Below, one piece after another: positions 42,825-51,896 of a stretch of DNA of 64,000 bases. Source of the stretch: Victivallaceae bacterium (GTDB taxonomy: Bacteria; Verrucomicrobiota; Lentisphaeria; Victivallales; Victivallaceae); assembly GCA_045534015.1 (NCBI GenBank), contig JAZSIZ010000060.1, forward strand, positions 372-64,371, in the 5' to 3' direction. Under the pieces are notes generated by a model. The model was given only the letters and a program-made list of their open reading frames with translations. It made no database searches and was not told the DNA's origin. The position numbers were made by a program, and so were the translations under genes. Positions within the stretch are counted from its first letter, which is position 1, and every line of letters starts with the position of its first letter.

Positions 42825-43705
42825 TTATGAGAACTCACGCAATGGGAGAAATGACGGTCAAGGAGATCCGGGAATATCTCAAAACCAACAAAACTATTAT
42901 CGTACCTTACGGTGTTGTTGAGCAGCACGGTTATCACCTGCCGGTAAGTATGGATATCCACAATGCGGAAGTACCCGCTTATGTGCTGGCTGAAAAACTT
43001 GACTGCATTGTCGCTCCTCCTTTGAACTACTGTTTTTCCGGCGGACAATTGCCCGGTACGATCAATGTACGTCCCACCAGTTTTTGTGCAATGATGTGTG
43101 ATATTGTGGAATCTCTTGCCAGTCAGGAGTTTGAAAATATTTTGATCTATCCCGGCCACGGCGGTTCAGAGAGTCTTGCCCAGTTGAAAGAGGCTCTGCG
43201 CATTTTGAAGTGGCTCAATGCTTCGCTGGAAAAGGTGATGATCATGATTCTGCGCCGCGGCGATCACTGGCAGCAGCCGCAGGATCCCCGGATGAGCGGA
43301 GGTGACTTCCATGCCGGAAGATCCGAAACTTCTCTGATGCTTGCTTACCGCAACAATCTGGTGCAGATGGAGAATCTGGAACTGGATGAAATGGAACTTG
43401 CCGAGCGTATGCGTCACGATCAGGATGCTTATCAGATCTGTACCACTTTGAGCGGTCAGGAGCAGGAGATCGCCACTACCCGTCAGCGGCCGGAAATCAA
43501 AGTAGGCGTGATGGGTTATCCCGAATTGGCTTCTGCAGAACTGGGCAGGGAATTTGTCGAAAAACCGATTGAGATCATGGCTGAAATGATCAAAAAAGCC
43601 ATTGCTGATGCCGATGAAAACCGGCGCACCGGCAACCGTGTCGAGGTAAAATCCCCGGTGCTGGTGGTTGAAGAAGGTTCAGAAAAAGTCGCCATCAAAG
43701 CCTGA
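42821..43705 (+). CDS. Creatininase-family amidohydrolase
   Basis: Contains VVEQHGYHLPVSMD, PGHGG and HAGRSETS. The start overlaps the uvrB stop, and later in-frame ATGs are possible. Confidence 0.7.
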   Translation: MIMRTHAMGEMTVKEIREYLKTNKTIIVPYGVVEQHGYHLPVSMDIHNAEVPAYVLAEKLDCIVAPPLNYCFSGGQLPGTINVRPTSFCAMMCDIVESLASQEFENILIYPGHGGSESLAQLKEALRILKWLNASLEKVMIMILRRGDHWQQPQDPRMSGGDFHAGRSETSLMLAYRNNLVQMENLELDEMELAERMRHDQDAYQICTTLSGQEQEIATTRQRPEIKVGVMGYPELASAELGREFVEKPIEIMAEMIKKAIADADENRRTGNRVEVKSPVLVVEEGSEKVAIKA

Positions 43706-43724
43706 ACATTTTTTGTTGATTTTT

Positions 43725-43760
43725 TCCTCCCGGGGATATATTGCCGGGGGGAATTTTTAT
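43725..43760 (+). terminator. Rho-independent terminator after uvrB-creatininase
   Basis: uccucccgg / ccgggggga form 9 bp (one G-U) with a 10-nt loop, followed by auuuuuauuug. Confidence 0.55.
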
Positions 43761-43789
43761 TTGTAAATACTGTTGCGGTGTGCTATATT
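43761..43789 (+). promoter_or_regulatory. Putative promoter (TTGTAA, 17 nt, TATATT) of the phosphoethanolamine-transferase-like gene
   Basis: Reads ttgtaa atactgttgcggtgtgc tatatt. Confidence 0.45.
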
Positions 43790-43826
43790 AAGCGGAGGTG
43801 TGTATAAATTTTTCAGGTAATTTCAG

Positions 43827-45566
43827 ATGAATTTAAATACTGATACAGTAAAATCCAAATGCAAAGAAACATATCTCCGTCTGTGTGACAGCTCAAGGTG
43901 TGTGCAGAATTTTTACGATATTCCGTTCAGAGAAGTTCTGTTTCTTATTCTGATGTTTCTGGTCATGTTGATCATCAACTATCTTTTGATTGCACTGCAT
44001 GGTTTTTCACTTTCATATTCCAAACAATTTCCGGAAATATCCTGTTTGTCAGGAGTATTCTGGTTGTTGTGGTTGTCTTTTATCGGATACTTTGCCTGTC
44101 GCCGCTGCCGGTGGTATCTTTTCGCCTTGGCAACGTGTCACTTTGCGGTGCTTTTTATCCTGCTGGCAATTTATTTCACCACCGGAACATTTTTTTGTGA
44201 ATCGATTCTTTATCTGGTTTACGATACCACCTGGGAAGAGAGCAAAGGATTTTTTTCAGCTTATGTAAACTGGAAAAGTATTCTGATTCTGATCACCATT
44301 CTGGTAGCGTATTCCGGTTCAATGTTTTTTATTATGAAGCTGGGCAGGAGAAAGAAAAAATATTGCAAAGGAGACCTGGCCGCCTCTCTGACAATGTTAC
44401 TTATATTCTTCTTTTCGTGGGTATTATGGCAGGGGGATGGTAATTTTATAGAAACGATCTGGCATGAACACCCATTTCATGGTATATATGATCATATCCG
44501 GACTTTTAACAAACATGCCGGGGAATTTATTGTGGAGATGCGCCACCGAACAGTACCGGATTATGTGGAATTGAATCCTGCTTTCGCCGGAAAACCGCCA
44601 ATCGGAGTATTGGTTATCGGGGAATCTGCCATCCGTTCTCATCATTCCATTTACGGTTATGAGCGCAATACCACTCCTTCACTGCTTGCCAGAAAAGATG
44701 AGATTATCGCTTTCGAGGATACGATCGCAGTGCTTCCTATGACTATTACAGCTCTTAAATACTGGCTGACTGATATGACTTTGGAACACCGTCATCTGTC
44801 GTGGACGATTTTTGATGTGCTGAAAAAATCCGGTTACAAGGTGGATGTGATCACCAATCAGAATAAATCCGGCTGGGCTGATTCTCCTTTGCAGATGATT
44901 TTTGCCACCGCAGATTCCGTGACCTATATGCACGAGGAAAATTTCAGCGATCTGGCAGAAGACCGTAATGCTCAAATTTATGACGGAGCTTTACTGCCGC
45001 CATTTTCTGCATGGATTGTCAAGGCACAGCAGGATGTTCATACTCCGCAGCTGGCAGTGCTGCATCTTTTCGGCAGCCATGAGCCTTATGGTTCACGTTT
45101 CCCCGCTGAATATTCTCATGTTTTCATGAATGATACCACCAGGACAAAGCGTGTCAATGAATATGATTCATCTGTGTGGTATTCCGATATGATATTGGGA
45201 AAAATCCTTGCCGAACTGGAAAAATTGGATCGTCCGGCATATCTGATATATTTTTCCGATCACGGTTCAGTTTGCGAGCAATCTCAACTGCGCACTCCCG
45301 GTTCGGAGGAAAACTCGGCTTATGAAATACCGTTTTTGATTTGGACAAACCGCCACTACCGGGAACAGGTTCCTGAATTGGTGGAAAGAATGAAACTTCA
45401 CCGTCAAGTTCCTTTGCAGGCAGACCGGGCGCACTTCGGGTTGCTGGAAATGATGGGGATTTCTTTTCGCAAAGATATCGGGAAATTTAATTTCCTATCA
45501 GATCGATATGTATTGCCGCCCCGTTTTATCCGGGAGGGAGAAGCACCTTATCGCCGAGAGCAGTGA
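43827..45566 (+). CDS. Membrane sulfatase-family phosphoethanolamine transferase (EptA/CptA-like)
   Basis: N-terminal multi-TM region, then LVIGESAIRSHHSIYGYERNTTP and HLFGSH, which are sulfatase-domain motifs. Confidence 0.7.
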   Translation: MNLNTDTVKSKCKETYLRLCDSSRCVQNFYDIPFREVLFLILMFLVMLIINYLLIALHGFSLSYSKQFPEISCLSGVFWLLWLSFIGYFACRRCRWYLFALATCHFAVLFILLAIYFTTGTFFCESILYLVYDTTWEESKGFFSAYVNWKSILILITILVAYSGSMFFIMKLGRRKKKYCKGDLAASLTMLLIFFFSWVLWQGDGNFIETIWHEHPFHGIYDHIRTFNKHAGEFIVEMRHRTVPDYVELNPAFAGKPPIGVLVIGESAIRSHHSIYGYERNTTPSLLARKDEIIAFEDTIAVLPMTITALKYWLTDMTLEHRHLSWTIFDVLKKSGYKVDVITNQNKSGWADSPLQMIFATADSVTYMHEENFSDLAEDRNAQIYDGALLPPFSAWIVKAQQDVHTPQLAVLHLFGSHEPYGSRFPAEYSHVFMNDTTRTKRVNEYDSSVWYSDMILGKILAELEKLDRPAYLIYFSDHGSVCEQSQLRTPGSEENSAYEIPFLIWTNRHYREQVPELVERMKLHRQVPLQADRAHFGLLEMMGISFRKDIGKFNFLSDRYVLPPRFIREGEAPYRREQ

Positions 45567-45604
45567 TCAGTGTCAGAGTTTTTCTGTAAAAACAGGAGCA
45601 TCGT

Positions 45605-46657
45605 ATGAAAGACCGCTGGAGTGGATTGGATATCTACCGTATTATTGCCATGGTGATGATAACGGCATTGCATGTAAATCATCAACATCTTGGCTTGATG
45701 GATAGATCCAGACCAATGGCAATTTTCTATATCGGTTATCTGGTGGAATACGCCTGCTTTGCCGGAGTGAATTGTTTTGCTATGCTTTCCGGATTTATCA
45801 TGGGACGCAGCAATCCGGCGTATGACGGGAAATGGCTGAAAAAATTTTTTCTCTTCTGGTTGAAAATCGTTACCTGGGCAGTTGTGCTGTATCTTGGAGT
45901 GTTCTGTTATTCCAAAGGAACGTCAGGTTTTTCGCTTGAGCAGCTTGAATTGATACTGGTTCCATTGGATCCGGGCTGGTGGTATATTTGTGCCTACATG
46001 GGATTGCTGGTTGTATTGCCGGTAATCTCAAAAGGATTGAACAGCTGTTCACGTCGTGAATTGTTGATTCTGGCAATAATGCTGTTTGCTGTTTTTTCTG
46101 TATTGCCCATGATTTGTGAATCAGAAGGAGCCTGGGCTCTTGAATATGGTTATTCCACCATCTGGCTTGCTGTATGTTTTATTTTCGGAGCGACGATCAG
46201 GGAGTTTTACGATGATCTGATCCGCTTCAAATGGCTGAATGCAGTTGCGGTTGTGATCGTGTCGGGTTGCGTGTTGCTGCCGTGTTGCCTGCATCTTTTT
46301 TTGCCGGATGAGCGGCGTTTTATGAATTATACATCACCATTTTGCCTTTTGGAAGCTGCCGGATTGCTGGTGCTGTGCGCCCGGATCAAATTGAAACGGA
46401 ACCGGGTAATTAAATGGGTGTCATTCGTCAGTATCAATTCGCTTGGGATATATCTTTTTCAGACATATTGCTATGTCTGGCAGAATTGTATTGTCAGGGA
46501 GTTCCCTCCGGGGTATTCTTTTGCCGGAACATTGTGGCGTCTGCTGACAACGGTAGTGTCGCTTTGCGCAGCAGGTGTGTTTTGTAATCTTGTTGTGGAT
46601 AGAATATTTCGTCTTCTGCCATGGGATGGATGGCTGGATAAATGGTGCAAACATTGA
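45605..46657 (+). CDS. Acyltransferase family 3 (integral membrane O-acyltransferase)
   Basis: RWSGLDIYRIIAMVMITALH N-terminal motif and about 10 hydrophobic helices. Confidence 0.7.
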   Translation: MKDRWSGLDIYRIIAMVMITALHVNHQHLGLMDRSRPMAIFYIGYLVEYACFAGVNCFAMLSGFIMGRSNPAYDGKWLKKFFLFWLKIVTWAVVLYLGVFCYSKGTSGFSLEQLELILVPLDPGWWYICAYMGLLVVLPVISKGLNSCSRRELLILAIMLFAVFSVLPMICESEGAWALEYGYSTIWLAVCFIFGATIREFYDDLIRFKWLNAVAVVIVSGCVLLPCCLHLFLPDERRFMNYTSPFCLLEAAGLLVLCARIKLKRNRVIKWVSFVSINSLGIYLFQTYCYVWQNCIVREFPPGYSFAGTLWRLLTTVVSLCAAGVFCNLVVDRIFRLLPWDGWLDKWCKH

Positions 46658-46883
46658 ATTGCTTCAGTCGCACAGCTCATTTGTCATAAGTTGTCTGTAA
46701 TTGAAGCGGATTTTTTTCAATTTACATAGAACTGCATTTTTTTCCAGAATAAAATAAATATCATTGAAAAATACCTGTCCTGCCGAAAAAGTTTTCGGTG
46801 TGAGATATAGTAAAAAATGGTAAAAGTCACCCGAGCATGGAACTTTTTACCGCAAAAAATGGAAAATTTATTGCCCAAGGCAT

Positions 46884-46924
46884 AAAAAATCCCCGCCTGT
46901 ATTTGAGAATGTTTCAGGCAGGGG
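46884..46924 (-). terminator. Rho-independent terminator after the CE7-Ldh_2 operon
   Basis: Minus-strand RNA ccccugccug...caggcgggg forms 9 bp with a 1-nt bulge, followed by auuuuuua. It lies 17 nt after the stop at 46941. Confidence 0.55.
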
Positions 46925-46940
46925 AAAGTTGTATTTCCGG

Positions 46941-47975
46941 TCAAGCCATCCCGAGCATTTTTGCGGCACGCTCCAATTCGGCAACGCTGGCATCCGGCAG
47001 ATCGATTCCCTGTGCGTATGCTTTTGCTTCGGAAATGAATTCTATTTCCCCGGGATAATAGATCTTGCTCACACCATCGGCTTTGGGGGCATTGACCAAT
47101 TCTTCAATAACCGATTCCATTCTGGCAGTAAAGTTTTCCAGACCGCCGAAAAATGCCGGATTGATGGTCAGGAAAAAGTGTCCGGTATCGGCATCCTGCC
47201 CCGGAATGGTGTTCCATGAATTTACTCCGGAAAGTATCCCCGCTCCGGCAAGGACTCCGGAAAGCATTTCCACCATCATCGCCAAACCGTAACCTTTGTG
47301 TCCGCCGAAAGGCAGCATGATCGCACCATTGTAGATCTCTTTGGGGTCAGTGGTCGGCTTGCCCTCTTTATCCAATATCCATCCTTCCGGGATCGGTTTG
47401 TTATCGGCGGCGGCAATGATCAGTTTGCCGCTGGCAACGACGCTCATGCAAATGTCAAAAAGAATCGCCCGGTATTTGCCAGCCGGAGCCGCGTATGCAA
47501 AAGGATTGTTGCCGATGCCGGCGGCAGAAGCACCGCTTACAGCAATGAGCGGGCAGGTGTTGCTCATTGAAAAACCGATGAGACCGGCTTCAGCACACTT
47601 CATAGCATAAAATCCTGCTGCCCCATAGTGATCGCTGTGATTGACCGTCGCTGCTGCCAATGGCATGGAAGCAGCTTTGGCGATCAGGCGTTCAGTTACT
47701 TCATAAGAGGCGGGAATGCCCAGACCTCCGGCGGCACTGGCACGGATGAAAGCCGGACCTTCATCAATAATTTTGATTTCGGCATCCGGAATAATGCCAC
47801 CGCTTTTTATGCAATCAATGTAACGGGCAAGACGGATAACACCATGCGAATTGATTCCTCTGGCATCCGCACTGACCAGTGTTTCAGCTGTACGTTGCGC
47901 CGCCAATTCCGGTACATTTGCCTGCATCAAAAGTTTTTTGCAATCTTCGATAAGTTTGTCAACGGTAATGATCAT
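46941..47975 (-). CDS. Ldh_2 family (malate/L-lactate/ureidoglycolate-type) dehydrogenase
   Basis: Contains GINSHGVIRLARYIDCIKSGGI and GGHKGYGLAMMVE. The start overlaps the CE7 stop by 4 nt. Confidence 0.8.
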   Translation of the reverse strand: MIITVDKLIEDCKKLLMQANVPELAAQRTAETLVSADARGINSHGVIRLARYIDCIKSGGIIPDAEIKIIDEGPAFIRASAAGGLGIPASYEVTERLIAKAASMPLAAATVNHSDHYGAAGFYAMKCAEAGLIGFSMSNTCPLIAVSGASAAGIGNNPFAYAAPAGKYRAILFDICMSVVASGKLIIAAADNKPIPEGWILDKEGKPTTDPKEIYNGAIMLPFGGHKGYGLAMMVEMLSGVLAGAGILSGVNSWNTIPGQDADTGHFFLTINPAFFGGLENFTARMESVIEELVNAPKADGVSKIYYPGEIEFISEAKAYAQGIDLPDASVAELERAAKMLGMA

Positions 47976-49279
47976 TTTGAAATCTCCTGGTGAATACGTT
48001 CTCTTCCGTCAAATTTCCACGGCGGTGCGATGTGTCCCAGACGTGGAAACAGCGTAATATCTTTTTTTACTTTTAATTCCTGATAGGTCAGCCATACAGA
48101 TACCGGCGGGCAGATGGCATCGATCATGCCGATACTCATGATCGTTTCACATTCGATACGGCTTGCCAGATTTATAATATCCACATAATCTGACGCAATC
48201 GCAATTGCCGGATCTTTTCTGTTATTTATACCGGGCCAGCCCGGGGCGCGGTTCACTTCTCCGGCTCCGTGATCGGCAAGCGCAGGGACATTGGCAATAC
48301 ACAACGTAACATCCTTGCTCAAGGCGGCTGCAGCAATTGCCTGCGCTCCGCCCTGACTGCGCCCGGAGACGATAATGGTTTTTCCATCCCATTCAGGGAG
48401 AGTTTTTACAAACTCTATGGCTCTGACGGTACGGAGGAACATATTTTTGAAATAGCTGTTTTCCCGGTCATTACGGTGGTTAAAAACATTACGGTCTGCC
48501 GGAGTCTTCCTGTTCAGCTGCTTGTAGAACTCTTTTGGCATACCGTTCTTTATGCCGTGGGCGTTGACATCGAAAACGATTGCTTTGTCTTTGTACTCCT
48601 CATGCACGGAAGAGCTTTTGAATCCGGCACCGTGAAAATAGATCACTGCAGGCAGACTTTTCGGAACGGCTTTTTGCGGAACGACCAGAAATCCGGTCAC
48701 CGGAATGCCGGCAATGGAGTTTATTTCAACTTCTTCACAGCGGATTACATCATTCTGCCGGTAAAGTTTTCTTTCGACATTCATCGGAATGGCGGCAAGT
48801 TTTTTCAATTCATTATTCCAGAATTCATCAAAATCTGCCGGACGTTTTCTGGCTCTTTGCAATTTTTCCGGAGCAACAAAAACGCCATCTCCGTAACCGG
48901 CTGTCCTGGGCGGAGGAGATATTTCTTTGCCGTTGGCATCAATGTAAACTCCCGTGACCATTACATGAGCCGGAACAGCAGAAGCCATAGTTACTGTAAA
49001 CTTTTCAACCGCATGTTCAGCGGTTTCTTTCTTTATTCCGTTGATCCACTTGAATATCCGGATTTTTGCCGCATTTTCAGGCGCTGCTGCCGGTGTAACG
49101 GTGAAAGTTACTGTTTCTTTGCATTTTACCGGATCTCCATTTATTCCGGAGGTAATGACCAGCGGCATAGGCGGAACATTGCCCAGTTCTTTGCCCTCGG
49201 AAGTATATGCCGGTTTGTCAGCCGCCGTTGCAAAAACAACGGACAGTAACAAAAAGAGCAACAAAAAAATTTTTTTCAT
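47972..49279 (-). CDS. Carbohydrate esterase family 7 (acetyl xylan esterase/cephalosporin-C deacetylase-like) with N-terminal Ig-like domain
   Basis: Signal peptide present. GRSQGG is the nucleophile signature of CE7/AXE1, with downstream Asp and His (GHIAPP region). Confidence 0.75.
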   Translation of the reverse strand: MKKIFLLLFLLLSVVFATAADKPAYTSEGKELGNVPPMPLVITSGINGDPVKCKETVTFTVTPAAAPENAAKIRIFKWINGIKKETAEHAVEKFTVTMASAVPAHVMVTGVYIDANGKEISPPPRTAGYGDGVFVAPEKLQRARKRPADFDEFWNNELKKLAAIPMNVERKLYRQNDVIRCEEVEINSIAGIPVTGFLVVPQKAVPKSLPAVIYFHGAGFKSSSVHEEYKDKAIVFDVNAHGIKNGMPKEFYKQLNRKTPADRNVFNHRNDRENSYFKNMFLRTVRAIEFVKTLPEWDGKTIIVSGRSQGGAQAIAAAALSKDVTLCIANVPALADHGAGEVNRAPGWPGINNRKDPAIAIASDYVDIINLASRIECETIMSIGMIDAICPPVSVWLTYQELKVKKDITLFPRLGHIAPPWKFDGRERIHQEISK

Positions 49280-49369
49280 ATCATTTTACTCCGTTCATAA
49301 TACAGAAGACCACTTCAATTATTTCTGAAAATCATAAAAACAGCAGCATTATTGCCGTTGTATTCAGTT

Positions 49370-49398
49370 AATATACCACAAAAACGGCACTTTTACAA
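49370..49398 (-). promoter_or_regulatory. Putative promoter of the CE7-Ldh_2 operon (TTGTAA, 17 nt, TATATT)
   Basis: The reverse complement reads ttgtaa aagtgccgtttttgtgg tatatt. Confidence 0.45.
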
Positions 49399-49451
49399 AT
49401 AATATGCAAAAATGCCGATTGCAAAAAAAATTTTTTTCACAACTTTGGAGT

Positions 49452-51896
49452 TTACTGTTTCTGATAACGGATTATCCGTGCGGTGCGCGGCTGTGCCAAC
49501 CGCAAGGTCAAACCTTTTTCCAGAAGTTCCCGCCCGGTTATTTTCAGCGGGGCAAAGGTGTTGTCCATATCCCACACTTTGTATGAAACTTCCGGATCAA
49601 GAGCTTTGAATTTGATCACGCTTTCAACGACCGGACTGTTTTCGGTGCGGAATACCAGCATCATGCCGTCACCGGTTTCCGGAGCATCATATTGAAAAGC
49701 TGTCCACAAAGCGACTGCTTTGCCCTGCGGTTCAAGCACCGGATAGAAGTCTTTGGTGAAAAAGTGCTGGATCTCTTTGTACTGGGCAAGCTGTTCATTC
49801 AGCCATTCGTAAGGATAACCATTGTCAACATCATTGGCAGCATTGTAAAGACAGCGCACTGCCATGGTACTGCTCATCACCGAGCGGAACAAATAGGTGT
49901 CCGGGGCAAAGCGTTTCTGCAGACCGGCACCGAATATCGGCCAGAAACGGGCAAGACCATTGATGTGGGTCAGCGAGTAATCTGCATCAAACTCCATTTC
50001 GCACATCATATCGCTGTATGCCAGAGGATAACTGTAACGGAGCAATTCAGGATCAAGCCGTCTGCCGCCGGAAGCACAGTTGTCGATTTTCAACTTGGGA
50101 TGTTTTTTGCGCAGCTCACGCCACAATTTATACAAGCCTGCCATAAATTTGATTTCCGTTATTCCGGTTCTGCCCGGCGGATCGGCTTTGCGCCAGTAGG
50201 GTAGCGGTTCAAAGTTGAAGTCCTCCCTGAACCAGTCGATTTGATTGCGCTCAATGATCGAAGAAAGTTTATTGAAACACCACTGCCATGCCTCCGGATG
50301 ACCGAGATTCAGCAGAGTTTCATATTCTCCGTCAAGGAAAATCAGATATTCCGGATGCTGTTTGGCGATATTGCGGTCTTTGATCACCCGTTCCGGTTCA
50401 AACCATACGAGAAAATCTTTGCCGTGCCGGTGGGCTGCGGCGGAAATGTTTTTCATTTCCTCCGGGAAATTTTCCGGATCAAAATCCCAGTCCCCCACAT
50501 TTTTCCGCCAGGTGTCAGTTGCTTCATCTCCGTTGTCACTGTTTTCGGCGTACCATCCGGCATCGATCCAGAAAATGTCAAAAGGCACTTTCATTTTGAC
50601 CAGATGCTCCAGGCGGCGCAAATGTTCTTTTTCTCCCATACCGCCCCAGTGCATCGCTGAAATCGGCAGCTTGGGCATTTTGCCGTTGACCCGGGGCGTA
50701 AGATGTGACATTACAAATCTGCGCCACAAATTGATCGCCGCTTCATTGCCGCCGGCTGAATTGTACTGCAGAAAGGAAGAAGGTATTTCAACAGATTCTC
50801 CCGGAGTAAGATAAAGGTCAAGATACTCCATCCCGGCGACCAACTCTCTGCCGCTGGCAAAATTACGGACATCTGAAAACCATTGTCCGCTCCAGCCGAC
50901 CACCAGCCGCAAATTTTCTTCATCATTGCCGATATCCACCACCGGCAGGAAACTTTCTGATGATCTGCCGTTGATACAGCGGCTCTGCACGACGGCATTA
51001 TCCGGTAATTCATCCCGCACCGGAATAAAAGAGTTGCGGAAAGAATTTGCACCGCCGCCGGGAAGATGGAAGGAACCGAGCAGACGTTTTACATTCAGCG
51101 GCGTGAAGTGGGGTATCGTTTCCGGATAAAGGATCACCGAGGCTGAACGGACTTTTCGCAGCTGTTTGGAGTTTTCTTTTGTGGTATTGGTAAAGGTGGT
51201 GTGCCACTCCCAGACCGGAAAATCGTGAAACGCTTTGAGTTTCACCTCTGCGATCATGCCATCCATATTGCAGCTGTAAGTGTGCAAAGTGTGATCGGCA
51301 AATTTTTCTTCTGCATGGGTGATCCCCTTCCGGGTGAACCATTGCTGTGCCGGAATGCCGTCATATTCAAAATCAATGGGCATTTTATTCAGAATTCCCG
51401 GTTGACCTATTTTTATGATCCTGCCGTCAGCGGTGGTCGCTTCGATATTTGCCCAGTTGGCAAAGTGGTTGGATAATTTTCCTTCAATGTCGACATGCAG
51501 TTCCAGTGAATCCAGATGGGGCAGATCAAGGTCAAAAATGTGGACATCATCGACGGTCAGCGGTGCAGAGGCGGCAAGTTCTTTGCCGTTGCCGTGGATC
51601 GAAAAACGCATGGGACAAACATAACGTTTGCTGTTGCGGGTGTAACGGCAGTCTTCCATGCCCGCCACTGCCCGGATGTGGACGACCGGATGGGAGAAGG
51701 CAACTTTTATCACACTGGCGGCGTGAGTACCAAAGCCGTATTCATACTCTTTGCCGGCGATTTTCAGCGGAGTGCCGAAGATACCTTTCCCGTGTATCAA
51801 TTCCCGGTTGCCCTGATGGTAAGCAGTGACTGCAGCATAAGGCTGGTGCAGCATCCCCGCACCGGCAGACATCTGCCGGATATTATTATCCATCAT
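49452..51896 (-). CDS. NPCBM-domain plus GH36-like alpha-galactosidase
   Basis: The N-terminal ~130 aa are NPCBM-like (LKIAGKEYEYGFGTHAASVIKV...MRFSIHGNGKELA...LELHVD). The catalytic part has FWIDAGWY and KIDNCASGGRRLD. ATG at 51896 overlaps the upstream stop (ATGA). Confidence 0.6.
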   Translation of the reverse strand: MMDNNIRQMSAGAGMLHQPYAAVTAYHQGNRELIHGKGIFGTPLKIAGKEYEYGFGTHAASVIKVAFSHPVVHIRAVAGMEDCRYTRNSKRYVCPMRFSIHGNGKELAASAPLTVDDVHIFDLDLPHLDSLELHVDIEGKLSNHFANWANIEATTADGRIIKIGQPGILNKMPIDFEYDGIPAQQWFTRKGITHAEEKFADHTLHTYSCNMDGMIAEVKLKAFHDFPVWEWHTTFTNTTKENSKQLRKVRSASVILYPETIPHFTPLNVKRLLGSFHLPGGGANSFRNSFIPVRDELPDNAVVQSRCINGRSSESFLPVVDIGNDEENLRLVVGWSGQWFSDVRNFASGRELVAGMEYLDLYLTPGESVEIPSSFLQYNSAGGNEAAINLWRRFVMSHLTPRVNGKMPKLPISAMHWGGMGEKEHLRRLEHLVKMKVPFDIFWIDAGWYAENSDNGDEATDTWRKNVGDWDFDPENFPEEMKNISAAAHRHGKDFLVWFEPERVIKDRNIAKQHPEYLIFLDGEYETLLNLGHPEAWQWCFNKLSSIIERNQIDWFREDFNFEPLPYWRKADPPGRTGITEIKFMAGLYKLWRELRKKHPKLKIDNCASGGRRLDPELLRYSYPLAYSDMMCEMEFDADYSLTHINGLARFWPIFGAGLQKRFAPDTYLFRSVMSSTMAVRCLYNAANDVDNGYPYEWLNEQLAQYKEIQHFFTKDFYPVLEPQGKAVALWTAFQYDAPETGDGMMLVFRTENSPVVESVIKFKALDPEVSYKVWDMDNTFAPLKITGRELLEKGLTLRLAQPRTARIIRYQKQ

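Noticed and set aside
46717-46944. 75-aa minus-strand ORF in the gap downstream of Ldh_2
   Set aside because: Its start would overlap the Ldh_2 stop with no RBS. The sequence is Phe/Ile/Lys-rich and low-complexity, derived from AT-rich terminator DNA.
49421-49437. A8-T7 palindromic run (aaaaaaaattttttt) downstream of the GH36-like gene as a terminator
   Set aside because: A pure A/T stem is too weak. The adjacent tgcaa/ttgca pairing is only 5 bp, so no confident terminator call can be made.
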